From positions 17,494 through 81,493 of the forward strand of contig CAZFOY010000007.1 in the NCBI GenBank assembly GCA_964520865.1: a stretch of DNA of 64,000 nucleotides, given 5' to 3'. The position numbers and the translations under genes were made by a program. A model generated the notes under the pieces. It saw nothing but the letters and a program-made list of their open reading frames with translations. It searched no databases and was not told where the DNA came from. Each line of letters begins with the position of its first letter. Position 1 is the first letter of the stretch. This document shows positions 53,956 to 64,000 of this stretch, one piece after another. Source of the stretch: an uncultured Ignavibacteriales bacterium (GTDB lineage Bacteria; Zixibacteria; MSB-5A5; GN15; FEB-12).

Positions 53956-55752
53956 ATGCCATCCGTACGTAATGTCACATTGACGGTCTGCGCGCTCATA
54001 CTGCTCGCCCTGGGACTTCGGGTCAAGGCAGACACGATCGACGATTCTCCCGAAGCGGTCTCGCTCTACGCCAAGGGGCAGCGGCAGCTCCGCGAAGGAA
54101 ACTTCTTCGATGCCGTCAAGACGTTCGCTGAACTCGAAGCGAGGTTTGCGAATTCGAAGAACCTTGACCTGTTCGTGTACAATCGGGCAAAGGCTCGCTA
54201 CTATCTCGGCAACTACAGCGAAGCTTCGGCAGCCTTCTCCTATTTCATCTCACGTTTCACGACATCACCGATCCTTCCCTACGCCCACTTCTTTCTCGGT
54301 AACAGCCTCTATCTCAACGGCGAGGTGAACAAGGGTGTGAAGGAATATCTGCGGGCGTACCGTCTGTCCGAAGATCCCGATCTCGACAAACTCCTGGTCT
54401 CCTCACTGGTATCGGCGTTTCGTCACGCGACAACGATCAGTCTCGGTGCGCCGGATCTGGAGCAGTTGACTGAGGCCAAAAAGTGCGCGCTGGCAAAGCC
54501 GCTGGCGGACATTTATGTCGAGATCGGTGAAACGAAGCGGGCCTCTGATTTGCTCGCGCTGTGCGGAGAGAAGCTCAGTCCCGGATCGGAGGCCGGAATC
54601 GAGAGAAAGAATGCTGCCGGCCCGCTCGATATCGCCATGGTCCTTCCTCTCTCCGGAGATCTTCGTTCATTCGGACAGGAGATTTACAATGGAGCGGTGA
54701 TCGGCGCACAGATGTACCGGGATGAATCGGGGAAAGAGGTAAACCTCGACACTTACGACACGCAGGGAGATCCTATTGAGGCGGCGCGAATAATCAGCGA
54801 GCTGAGCAAATCCGTATCTACCGATGCCGCTATCGGACCCTTGACCAGCGAGGAGGCGGCAGTAGCTTCGGCTACCCTTGCGTGTGGCACGCTGCCGATG
54901 GTTGCGCCGGCGGCGACTCAGGCCGGATTGACTTCCCTTTCGTCGACCTCGTTTCAAATGTCTCCCAACATCGATCTGGAAGCGATCACACTTGCGGAAT
55001 ACGCCTTTAATCGGCTTCACGCCGATACGGCGGCCGTGATTTCATCGACTTCCACCGACGACATTCGTATGACGCGCGCGTTCAGCGACCGGTTCGAGGC
55101 GCTGGGCGGCACTGTTCTTGCCGTCGAGTACTACAGTGTCAGGGATAAGGATTTCGGGACTTACATTCGGGACATCAAGGGCCTGATCCTCGGCGCCACG
55201 AAAGATTCTACGTTTTATATCAACGCCGACGGTGATACGCTTGATGTCGACGTTATCCCGGCGAGGATCGATTGTCTTTTCATGCCGGGAAACTCACGTC
55301 AATTGCGTCAGTTGATTCCTCAGGTCAACTTCTACAATCTGAGCGGGCAGTATCTTGGTTCCGACGGCTGGGCGGACGATATGATTTATCGTCTCGGTGA
55401 CGACGTCACCAAGCAGGCGGTGTTTGCTTCGCCGTTTATCGAAGGTGAGAACTCCGAAGAGTATCTCAAGTTCTCCGCCGCATACGACAGTCGGTACGGT
55501 GGACAGCCCCAGAGACTGGCCGCGCTCGGCTATGATGCGATGCGGCTCGTGGCGCAGGCAGCGGCAGCCGGCGGAAACGGCCGTGACAATATCGTTGCCC
55601 GGTTAAGACAGATTTCCAATTACGCCGGGGCGTCGGGCGTGATAAGTTTCGGAGAGAATCGCGAAAATATTGAGATGCCGCTTTATCGCATCGAAACGGC
55701 GAAACCGGTTCCGCTGACTGAATCCGGGGCGCCATCCCCGGAAGGCAATTAG
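53956..55752 (+). CDS. Secreted TPR + type-I periplasmic-binding-fold (LivK/LpoA-like) protein
   Basis: Signal peptide and about 190 aa of TPR-like helices. This is followed by LDIAMVLPLSGDLRSFGQEIYNGAVIGAQMY, typical of Peripla_BP_6 / LpoA C-terminal domains. Confidence 0.7.
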   Translation: MPSVRNVTLTVCALILLALGLRVKADTIDDSPEAVSLYAKGQRQLREGNFFDAVKTFAELEARFANSKNLDLFVYNRAKARYYLGNYSEASAAFSYFISRFTTSPILPYAHFFLGNSLYLNGEVNKGVKEYLRAYRLSEDPDLDKLLVSSLVSAFRHATTISLGAPDLEQLTEAKKCALAKPLADIYVEIGETKRASDLLALCGEKLSPGSEAGIERKNAAGPLDIAMVLPLSGDLRSFGQEIYNGAVIGAQMYRDESGKEVNLDTYDTQGDPIEAARIISELSKSVSTDAAIGPLTSEEAAVASATLACGTLPMVAPAATQAGLTSLSSTSFQMSPNIDLEAITLAEYAFNRLHADTAAVISSTSTDDIRMTRAFSDRFEALGGTVLAVEYYSVRDKDFGTYIRDIKGLILGATKDSTFYINADGDTLDVDVIPARIDCLFMPGNSRQLRQLIPQVNFYNLSGQYLGSDGWADDMIYRLGDDVTKQAVFASPFIEGENSEEYLKFSAAYDSRYGGQPQRLAALGYDAMRLVAQAAAAGGNGRDNIVARLRQISNYAGASGVISFGENRENIEMPLYRIETAKPVPLTESGAPSPEGN

Positions 55753-55834
55753 GGTCTGATTCGAAGGCTCTGCCGCTTCATGTTGAGATTCTTCCCGGTC
55801 GGTTCGGCGGAACATCACATATCGAGGTCAATCT

Positions 55835-56041
55835 ATGGATGAGAAGAAAGTCGCACTGAAGATGATTGTCGGCGGTGAGGAACGGGATATAAGCTACGAA
55901 GAGCTGGCGTTGTCCAATAACCTCGCCCAGGAAGCACTGGTCCGACTGCTGATAGAAAAGAAGCTGTTCGATCCCAAGGAACTCCTTGAGATGATGGAAA
56001 AAGTGAAGAGCGAACGTTACCGCCATATGGACAAGGAATAG
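55835..56041 (+). CDS. Small helical cytoplasmic protein (hypothetical)
   Basis: 68 aa, ATG behind GAGG, charged helical composition. First gene of a tight three-gene set. Confidence 0.5.
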   Translation: MDEKKVALKMIVGGEERDISYEELALSNNLAQEALVRLLIEKKLFDPKELLEMMEKVKSERYRHMDKE

Positions 56042-56054
56042 GCCCGCTTCCGTT

Positions 56055-56549
56055 ATGACCGCAATCGAAGACAAGAACGCGAAGGCGTCGGAACAACTGC
56101 CGGAAGAAACGATTTTGCTCCGATGGACCACCCAGCCGGCAAAGCAGCGCCCGCTGGCCGCGGTGCTCGTTACCGTTTTCCTTCTCGTCACCGGCATGCT
56201 GGTGTACTATGCGACGATGTCGAGGATATTCGGCGGGTTGGCGCTTCTCGTATTGTTTTTGTCACTCGCGAAATTCTATCTTCCCACGACGTTCACGCTG
56301 ACCGACAGATCTGTTTCGATTAAGACAACCACGCAGACGGTTCGCAAGGGATGGGAGCAGTACCGAAGCTTCTATCCGGACAAGAACGGAGTGCAGCTCT
56401 CACCATTTGCGGAGCCTTCCCGCCTCGAGAACTTCCGCGGGATGTACCTGATTTTCGCCGGCAATCGCGAGGAGGTTCTTCGTGTCGTCGACGAACAGAT
56501 CAAAGCCCATGCATCGTCCGTCCAGGGATCATCGGGGAACCCATTATGA
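56055..56549 (+). CDS. Membrane protein with a TM hairpin and a C-terminal soluble domain (hypothetical)
   Basis: 164 aa. Two adjacent TM helices (AAVLVTVFLLVTGMLVYY / GGLALLVLFLSLAKF), then a beta-rich domain of about 90 aa. Confidence 0.55.
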   Translation: MTAIEDKNAKASEQLPEETILLRWTTQPAKQRPLAAVLVTVFLLVTGMLVYYATMSRIFGGLALLVLFLSLAKFYLPTTFTLTDRSVSIKTTTQTVRKGWEQYRSFYPDKNGVQLSPFAEPSRLENFRGMYLIFAGNREEVLRVVDEQIKAHASSVQGSSGNPL

Positions 56550-57031
56550 ACATGTTCGGTCGGGACGAGAACCTTCTGTCCCAGAACGAGAATCCGCTTC
56601 CTCCCGAAGAAGAGGCGGTCCTCGACAAGGTAGCCCACAAGGTGGTCGACAGGGGCATGACGGTCCCGGCAATCCTCGCGCTGGAGTCGGTCAAGCCGTT
56701 AAATTACATCGGATCACAGCTAATGGTTTTCTTCGAACCGATCGTCCAGAGCCTGTTCAATTTCAAAGACTACGACAATTTCCGCTCGGCCCTCGAGAAA
56801 CGCGTGACGATTGAAATCCTCCTGTTGAAAATCGAGAAGTACGATGCCATAGCTGCGGCGCGAGAGAAGCGCATCAAGAAGTATTATAGGGAGTTGAAGA
56901 AGAGCTGGAAGTGGTATCAGAGATATTTCGGCGTGTTTCGACCGCGCGTAAAGATTCCCGAAGAAGTGCTGAACCCGCCACCGGAGCCGGATCCTGAAGA
57001 GAAGAAGGGTGGACCAGAGAAGTCGGACTAA
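56546..57031 (+). CDS. Hypothetical protein (hydrophobic core segment, basic coiled C-terminus)
   Basis: 161 aa from ATG 56546, with an ATGA overlap with the upstream gene. The ORF-track start at 56351 lies inside that gene. Confidence 0.55.
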   Translation: MNMFGRDENLLSQNENPLPPEEEAVLDKVAHKVVDRGMTVPAILALESVKPLNYIGSQLMVFFEPIVQSLFNFKDYDNFRSALEKRVTIEILLLKIEKYDAIAAAREKRIKKYYRELKKSWKWYQRYFGVFRPRVKIPEEVLNPPPEPDPEEKKGGPEKSD

Positions 57032-57069
57032 AGGTTGACAGCTCATGAGAGAACATCCAGATAAACAAC

Positions 57070-57098
57070 AAGGCGGTGTCTTTCGGCACCGCCTTTTG
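57070..57098. terminator. Bidirectional terminator between convergent genes
   Basis: AAGGCGGTG (57070-57078) pairs with CACCGCCTT (57087-57095). TTTTG follows on the plus strand and TTGTTGTTT on the minus strand. Confidence 0.65.
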
Positions 57099-57123
57099 CT
57101 ATGCGTATGTGGAGGGCAGAGAG

Positions 57124-57720
57124 TTATTTCGTGTCGCGCATCTTCTGATTTATGGCGGCCAGATTATAGCTGGCAATCGATAGTTGGAGGGTGTCGGCAA
57201 AGGGGGATTTCAGCTGCTTGAGCAGATTCAATTGTTCGTTCGCTTTCTCGACCTGAGCCATCGCGAGATAGGTCTCGCCAAGATACTCGCGCGCCCGGGC
57301 GAAGTCCGGGTCGATCGCGAGTGCGCTCGTGTAAGCGGTAAGCGATTTGTCCAGCTGCCCTAACTTGCGATAACAGAAACCGAGATTGTTATAAGCTTCC
57401 TTCATGTCGGGCGCGGTCTTGAGCGCTTTATCAAATTCTTTAACCGCCTTTTCATATTCTTTCTTGGCTTTGGCGTCGGAGGTTGCCCGATAGTTGTAGG
57501 CGAAGGCGGAATCCCCCCGTTTCAGAATCGCGCTCGCCTTGTCCATATGATCCACGCCGGAATTGTAATGCTCGGTCGCTTCGTTCACGGAATCCTGCGC
57601 CGTCTTCTTCTCCGATCCAAACGCCTCAACTCTGCTCCCTTGAGAAACCGCCATCATGCCGATTGCGAAGATGGTCAGGATAAATAGACGATAGAATCTT
57701 GTCATTTCCCTCTTCTCCAA
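57124..57720 (-). CDS. Secreted TPR-repeat protein
   Basis: Signal peptide (RLFILTIFAIGMMAVSQG) and TPR consensus residues (AYNNLGFCYRKLGQLDKSLTAYTSALAIDPDFARA). Confidence 0.75.
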   Translation of the reverse strand: MEKREMTRFYRLFILTIFAIGMMAVSQGSRVEAFGSEKKTAQDSVNEATEHYNSGVDHMDKASAILKRGDSAFAYNYRATSDAKAKKEYEKAVKEFDKALKTAPDMKEAYNNLGFCYRKLGQLDKSLTAYTSALAIDPDFARAREYLGETYLAMAQVEKANEQLNLLKQLKSPFADTLQLSIASYNLAAINQKMRDTK

Positions 57721-57777
57721 TGTCCATTAGTTTATCTGAGAAACAGCGGCAGGCCGACAGGAGTTTCCCGTCCGGTG

Positions 57778-57808
57778 CATAAACAAAGGCAGAGTCGCAG
57801 GACCCTGC
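57778..57808 (-). terminator. Weak terminator candidate after gyrB
   Basis: On the minus strand, GGCAG...CTGCC (with an inner GCAGG/CCTGC) is followed by TTTGTTTAT. Confidence 0.3.
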
Positions 57809-57836
57809 CTCACAAGTCAAATCGGCTGATAAGTCG

Positions 57837-60154
<2,318 letters not shown>

Positions 60155-60288
60155 TAATTATACACTTTTTTAATCGATCTCGCAAGTAAAAAACCTAATC
60201 TATCTTATTGATTATAAAAGATTTAAGGCGGATTTGGTGGTTTGTGACACCAGCGGATTGTCGGGCCAATCAGACCGACAAATATGGA

Positions 60289-60325
60289 CTGAAAAAGGAA
60301 ACGACAGGCCGGTCCGGCCTGTCGT
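60289..60325 (-). terminator. Rho-independent terminator after the GIN-domain gene
   Basis: Perfect 12-bp palindrome ACGACAGGCCGG-T-CCGGCCTGTCGT (60301-60325), followed on the minus strand by TTTCCTTTTT. Confidence 0.7.
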
Positions 60326-60378
60326 CTATGAGAGCGCTGTTGTGGCTATTCAGCCTGGAACGTTGTTGCGAAAATCTT

Positions 60379-61074
60379 TCAATCGGACCGCTTCCGGATA
60401 CTTCCCGAGCCGGAAATCGAAGTCGAAGCATGGGCCGGATTGCCGTAGTAGTAGATGCTGCCGCTTCCGCTAATTGATCCATCGAAACTGTCAGTTACGC
60501 GGACTCTGACATCACCTGAACCGCTGATGCGCACGCTGGCATTCTCGGCGATCAGATCTTTCGTGTCAACGTCACCCGAACCCGCAACCCGCACATCGAG
60601 ATCGCCCACTTTTCCGGCGGCGCGCAGGCTTCCCGATCCTGACACGGAATACTCGAAATGATCTTCGTTGAGATTCTCGACTTCGATATCTCCGGAGCCG
60701 GACAATTTGATTCGATCAAGCGAGGGGACCGTGATTTCGAAATGGCAGCCTTTCTCCGACGAAAAGGACTCCCTGGTGCCTATGTGCAGAGTGTGACCGG
60801 TAACGTTAGTCTCGATATTGTCTATGAGATTGTCGTCGAATGTCATCGCGACTTTCTGTTCGCCACCGACGTTGACATGGATGTCAAACGATCCCGATGA
60901 CCTGATTTCGGTAAAAGGGGGAAGATTCAATTCCACCGTCTTCATATCGCCGGATCCTTTTTCGGAATGTCCGAACATGTTGAAGAATCCGTCGCCATAG
61001 GACGGAATCGAGGCGAAGACGACCAACGCACCGACAGCTATCGCGAGCACACCTTTTCTCATCTGCTCCTCCAT
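60379..61074 (-). CDS. Head GIN-domain (DUF2807/DUF4097-like) secreted beta-helix protein
   Basis: Signal peptide and repeated SGSGD(I/V) strands (SGSGDIEV, SGSGSLRA, AGSGDVDT, SGSGDVRV, SGSGSIYY, SGSGSIRK). Confidence 0.75.
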   Translation of the reverse strand: MEEQMRKGVLAIAVGALVVFASIPSYGDGFFNMFGHSEKGSGDMKTVELNLPPFTEIRSSGSFDIHVNVGGEQKVAMTFDDNLIDNIETNVTGHTLHIGTRESFSSEKGCHFEITVPSLDRIKLSGSGDIEVENLNEDHFEYSVSGSGSLRAAGKVGDLDVRVAGSGDVDTKDLIAENASVRISGSGDVRVRVTDSFDGSISGSGSIYYYGNPAHASTSISGSGSIRKRSD

Positions 61075-61162
61075 TGATTTCTTTCCTTTTGATTAACTTA
61101 CGTGCGGTCAATCGAAAGGTTGCCGGAATAATCGCAGCCGGTCCGAAGGCTGCAAAGAGAAC

Positions 61163-61188
61163 GGGACCGAAATGGATACTTCGGTCCC
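61163..61188 (-). terminator. Terminator hairpin after the zinc-ribbon gene
   Basis: GGGACCGAA-N8-TTCGGTCCC. The minus-strand tail is only moderately T-rich. Confidence 0.45.
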
Positions 61189-61213
61189 GGTGATTTCGTA
61201 GTGTCCCGAGTTG

Positions 61214-61669
61214 TCAGCGCGGTTCGTACGTCAGGTGATCTACCGATTTGAGCTTCTTACGGTTGGGGTGCTTGTGAGAGGGGATATAGAAGTCGGGACC
61301 CTCGCGACGGCGCAGGCGGATAGTGTAGTCCTGACATCCCTGACATCGCCGAATCTTCCCCAGTGCTTCCTTCTTGATCCTTCTTCGGCGCGTGTGCGTG
61401 GGGGCGTAGATCGGCCGGTCGATTATGCGGAATCCCTTGGTCGGATCGTCGTCATCGTGGAATTTGACACCGGCGATGATATTGTCCGTGCCGTCTTCGT
61501 AGAGCGTGGCGCCGGGGCATTCGATAAAAACGTACCCGTCATCTGCCTGTTCTTCGATAAATATCCGTGAATCTTCGATATCTTTTGTGTTGCAATGGAC
61601 GCAAATCCAAAGGCCTTCTTTTTTCATCAGGTCACGGCCGCAGTTAATACAAGAGCGAGTCTCTTCCAT
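61214..61669 (-). CDS. Zinc-ribbon protein with an acidic centre and an Arg/Lys-rich C-terminus (hypothetical)
   Basis: 151 aa. It has an N-terminal CINC-x14-CVHC and a C-terminal CQGC...HKH. I recognise no family. Confidence 0.55.
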   Translation of the reverse strand: MEETRSCINCGRDLMKKEGLWICVHCNTKDIEDSRIFIEEQADDGYVFIECPGATLYEDGTDNIIAGVKFHDDDDPTKGFRIIDRPIYAPTHTRRRRIKKEALGKIRRCQGCQDYTIRLRRREGPDFYIPSHKHPNRKKLKSVDHLTYEPR

Positions 61670-61804
61670 GCTGATTGTCCTTTTAACTGTATCCTTCGAT
61701 AGATCTGTTTACCGGAAGGATGGGTCTTCGTGGTTTCAGCCGGGAGAGTGCAACCGGTCTGCCGTCGGGAGTTCTGCTGTGTATTTTGTTTTGTGGCAAT
61801 GAGT

Positions 61805-61844
61805 TGCAATGAGAAGGCCGGTCTGGCGTTTTGCCAAACCGGCC
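61805..61844 (-). terminator. Terminator hairpin after the small membrane-protein gene
   Basis: GGCCGGT (61816-61822) pairs with ACCGGCC (61838-61844), with an inner TGGC/GCCA. The minus-strand tail is TTCTCATT. Confidence 0.45.
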
Positions 61845-61877
61845 GAAACTATAGGAATATCTCAATGATCTGTTGTC

Positions 61878-62213
61878 TCAGCCCTTAAACAGAAGCACCA
61901 TCGAGCATAGAGTTACCGAAACCGGCAGCAAGGCAGCAAATGAATACGGGGCGAAGAGAGAGACACCAAAGGCTAACGCAACAGAGGGTATGACGAGGAA
62001 TTTGAGGGTTGAGATAGTCAGTTTGGCAATCCGCGAGGCGACAAAGACGATCAAAGCGGCGGTAGCGATATAGGCGGCATAGAGGCCGTTCTGACCGAAA
62101 TTGTCAAGGATGAGTTGCCGTATGCTCTCGAATATGCTCGTGACTGTCGAAGCCTGAGCAGATGCCTTCTCCGCCAGGGTCTGGACCTGCGATATGAGGC
62201 TACCACTCAACAT
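61878..62213 (-). CDS. Small membrane protein (hypothetical)
   Basis: 111 aa with an amphipathic N-terminal helix and then 2-3 TM helices. The 5' end overlaps the upstream gene by 14 nt. Confidence 0.5.
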   Translation of the reverse strand: MLSGSLISQVQTLAEKASAQASTVTSIFESIRQLILDNFGQNGLYAAYIATAALIVFVASRIAKLTISTLKFLVIPSVALAFGVSLFAPYSFAALLPVSVTLCSMVLLFKG

Positions 62214-62433
62214 CTTCGTTCTCCTCCAGCGGTTCTATAGTCAGCGAGGACTCCCCGACCCGGGTAAGACCTTCCATCCTTCGCGTCAGGAAATTCTTCG
62301 AAGTAATCCACTGATGCGACAATTCAAGGATCTCCCCCTGATCCATATCGGTTTCCCAATCGAGAACGACCTGATCAATGTTCTTGTCGTCCACAACCAG
62401 ATCATCCATCGTCAGCACAAACTTCACTTTCAT
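62200..62433 (-). CDS. Small acidic cytoplasmic protein (hypothetical)
   Basis: 77 aa, D/E-rich, ATG start. Translationally overlapped with the membrane-protein gene. Confidence 0.45.
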   Translation of the reverse strand: MKVKFVLTMDDLVVDDKNIDQVVLDWETDMDQGEILELSHQWITSKNFLTRRMEGLTRVGESSLTIEPLEENEDVEW

Positions 62434-63487
62434 AACGTACCGTCCTGTGGCTTAGCTGATTCTTTTTCGTTCCACCGGGGTAAGTGCAAGCGAAATGCCG
62501 CAACCGCTCAGGAATCTTCAATCTGCGTTCAAGTGTTTAGCTTGTAATGACTTAACGTTTGAAAAAGGAGGCGGGAAAAGGATCATTCGGGTATCGTGTA
62601 GATAATCAAGAGAAAATTGTATGGGCGGGAACCCACAGGCTGGGGGCTAAAATTAAACCCGACGGGAGGTTAGTCCGCCGGGTCTTCGTATTACGGAATT
62701 CAGTTTGCAGCGTTGTTTTGACCCTGGGAACAAAGACCGCCTTCCACCGATTTCTCCGGGCGTTCAACTTTATCACCCGAAGGTCCGCGGTTTAATTGAA
62801 GGTGTGACCGAATGGGTCATTCCGTGACCCGCTTATGATGTACCGGCTGTCTTTAGGATCGAAACAAGCGCCGCCGCAGTCATAGAGAATAATCTCTCTG
62901 GTGTCCGCGTTGACAGTCCCTCCCGGATTGTCTCGGCGGACTTATAGATACATACGCGACCCTCCATTGTTATTGGTTCACCTTCAGGCGGATCGGGGTT
63001 CTTATCTATTTCTACAAAAGTACGTATCTCTCAGACTGATTGTATGCATCGATTGGCGGGAAGGATGGTGAAGTTAGTTTGCGAAGGTCCGGACTATACC
63101 TCCATCTGCAGTATACCGGTCAGCCAAATTCTTGTCAAGGAAAACAACGAAGGACGCATTCTCTGTGGCCGATCCGGCGCGCGTGGACAGACAACTGATC
63201 GGGAAAAGGGGACTTTGCCAATCGACATTGACCACTTATCAGCCAACCGCTCTCATTATGCCGGTGTCCGGTAACAACTTTCTTGATTCCGGAGCTCAAC
63301 GAAGCTATTCCGGAGGACGTATTTGGCGTATATTGCTGAAGGCGAGTATAAGCAGTAACGGTTGAGATTCGGCGGATCAGCCAGGATCCGTTCCGACCCT
63401 CTAAGTTGCTTATGGCAGGCCGATTATGGAGATTTCACGCCCCCCGGCCCTAAAGTCCGGTGGGGATAAACCGATAACTCTTAAGGT

Positions 63488-64000
63488 ATGGAGCAAGACT
63501 TTCTCATCCAGGAGATAACCAGGTCCGAGCGCAATAAGGAAGCCCGGAAAGTCCTTGAGCAGCGAGATCATAAGCCGCTCTGGCGTGAATACGTCGAAAC
63601 GGCCGTGATCGCCCTCGTTGCCGCGATCCTTCTGCGCATCTTTGTCGTCTCGGCCTATCGCGTCAGTTCATCGTCGATGGAAGACGCACTCCTCGAAGGG
63701 GATTACATCTTTGTCAACAAATTGGCCTATGATTACGGGAGCGATCCGAAGGTTGGCGATATTATCGTTTTCAAATATCCCAACAACCCGGAAAAGGAAT
63801 TCATTAAACGGATCATCGCTCTGCCGAATCAGACCGTTCAGATCGCGGACAAAGTAGTGTATGTCGATGAAGAAGTGGCCAAGATACCGGTCTACGTCAA
63901 GTTTATGGACAAGCGAATTATTCCGGGGGATCTTTCCTTCCGGGACAATTTCGGACCGTACAAAGTGCCGCCGGAAGAATACTTCGTGCTCGGTGATAAT
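63488..64000 (+). CDS. lepB: Signal peptidase I, N-terminal 171 codons (3' end outside the window)
   Basis: ATG 63488 is open to the right edge, so it has no stop and is not in the ORF track. It has a TM helix AVIALVAAILLRIFVV, the catalytic Ser box SSSMEDAL, the Lys box FIKRIIALPNQTV, and ends in ...YFVLGDN. Confidence 0.9.
   Translation, partial: MEQDFLIQEITRSERNKEARKVLEQRDHKPLWREYVETAVIALVAAILLRIFVVSAYRVSSSSMEDALLEGDYIFVNKLAYDYGSDPKVGDIIVFKYPNNPEKEFIKRIIALPNQTVQIADKVVYVDEEVAKIPVYVKFMDKRIIPGDLSFRDNFGPYKVPPEEYFVLGDN

Noticed and set aside
60155-60290. AT-rich spacer upstream of dciA-gyrB as a candidate oriC.
   Set aside because: There is only one relaxed DnaA-box-like 9-mer (TTATACACT). 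There is no dnaA or dnaN nearby and no clustered boxes or 13-mer-type repeats. The region is adequately explained as the dciA-gyrB promoter.
62642-62670. tmRNA-like 5' end: GGGGGCTAAAATTAAACCCGACGGGAGG resembles GGGGCUGAUUCUGGAUUCGACGGGA of ssrA.
   Set aside because: No complementary 3' acceptor strand (AGCCCCC-ACCA) lies within 300-450 nt downstream. There is no GGTTCGAATCC-type T-arm, and no plausible tag ORF ending in hydrophobic residues plus a stop.
63031-63033. In-frame TGA inside a protein-like minus-strand frame. Could it be selenocysteine?
   Set aside because: There is no SECIS-like hairpin immediately downstream. The same putative gene also needs two frameshifts, and no Cys/Sec-type redox motif surrounds the site. 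Decay or sequencing error is the simpler explanation.
63085-63101. RNase P RNA CR-I-like motif on the minus strand (GAGGTATAGTCCGGACC). A CR-V-like AGACCCGGCGGACT lies about 415 nt downstream on the same strand.
   Set aside because: The near-invariant GGAAAGUCC is GGUAUAGUCC here, so two universally conserved A positions are changed. I could find no counterparts of the other conserved regions (GGUGAAA/GGUAAGAGCGCACC-type). The spacing is also long.
63452-63460. AAAGTCCGG on the plus strand, resembling the RNase P P4 strand.
   Set aside because: A plus-strand rnpB starting here would have to run several hundred nt through the clearly coding lepB gene.

Overview
This is a dense, mostly plus-strand chromosomal window from a diderm-type bacterium. 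Evidence for that: a TonB-type barrel, SecDF, a DciA-type helicase-loader gene, Shine-Dalgarno sites, and all three standard stop codons in use. I cannot place the lineage without searches.

Gene content by region:
- 1-13.6 kb is a respiratory island. It holds a Rieske / b6-like cytochrome b / nine-haem cytochrome c module, followed by an 11-gene nuoABCDHIJKLMN complex I with no nuoEFG.
- 13.6-24.5 kb holds a DUF502 / EIIA(Ntr)-CBS / cation-antiporter-like operon, a split Na-Pi transporter + PhoU pair, a 915-aa M16 peptidase, and secDF.
- 24.7-36 kb is an envelope cluster: a TonB-dependent-like barrel, DUF4159, a 1144-aa membrane-anchored Gln-rich coiled-coil protein, a TPR protein, and a DUF2723-type GT-C glycosyltransferase.
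- 36-40.4 kb holds an HTH-DUF2087 regulator divergent from a KamA-family radical SAM aminomutase, plus DinB-like and SDR genes.
- 40.4-50.3 kb holds an M23 peptidase, an ECF sigma factor directly upstream of copA, and three consecutive two-component pairs. One pair is a sensor-less kinase translationally coupled to a CheV-like CheW-REC protein.
- 50.3-57 kb holds pth, rpsF, rpsR, a polytopic DUF2232-like gene, rplI, a bifunctional nuclease, a TPR + periplasmic-binding-fold protein, and a three-gene cassette of unknown function.
- 57-62.4 kb is a minus-strand block: a TPR protein, gyrB, dciA (DUF721), a GIN-domain protein, a zinc-ribbon protein, and two small overlapping genes.
- 62.4-63.5 kb has no intact ORF.
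- A 5' partial lepB runs off the right edge; it is absent from the ORF track because it has no stop in the window.

By eye I found no rRNA, tRNA, CRISPR array, transposase or integrase, and no recognisable defence island.

The most unusual items are:
- the nine-haem partner of the Rieske/cyt b module
- the HK-CheV pair
- the KamA homolog lacking the lysine-binding Asp
- the DUF4159 / giant coiled-coil cluster
- short in-frame K/A/E/P tandem repeats forming C-terminal tails on both NuoI and S6
- the ORF-free 1 kb at 62.4-63.5 kb, which carries broken protein-like frames

None of these can be called novel without database searches. All family calls are motif recognition by eye. Several start codons were moved relative to the ORF track; the reason is given in each feature.
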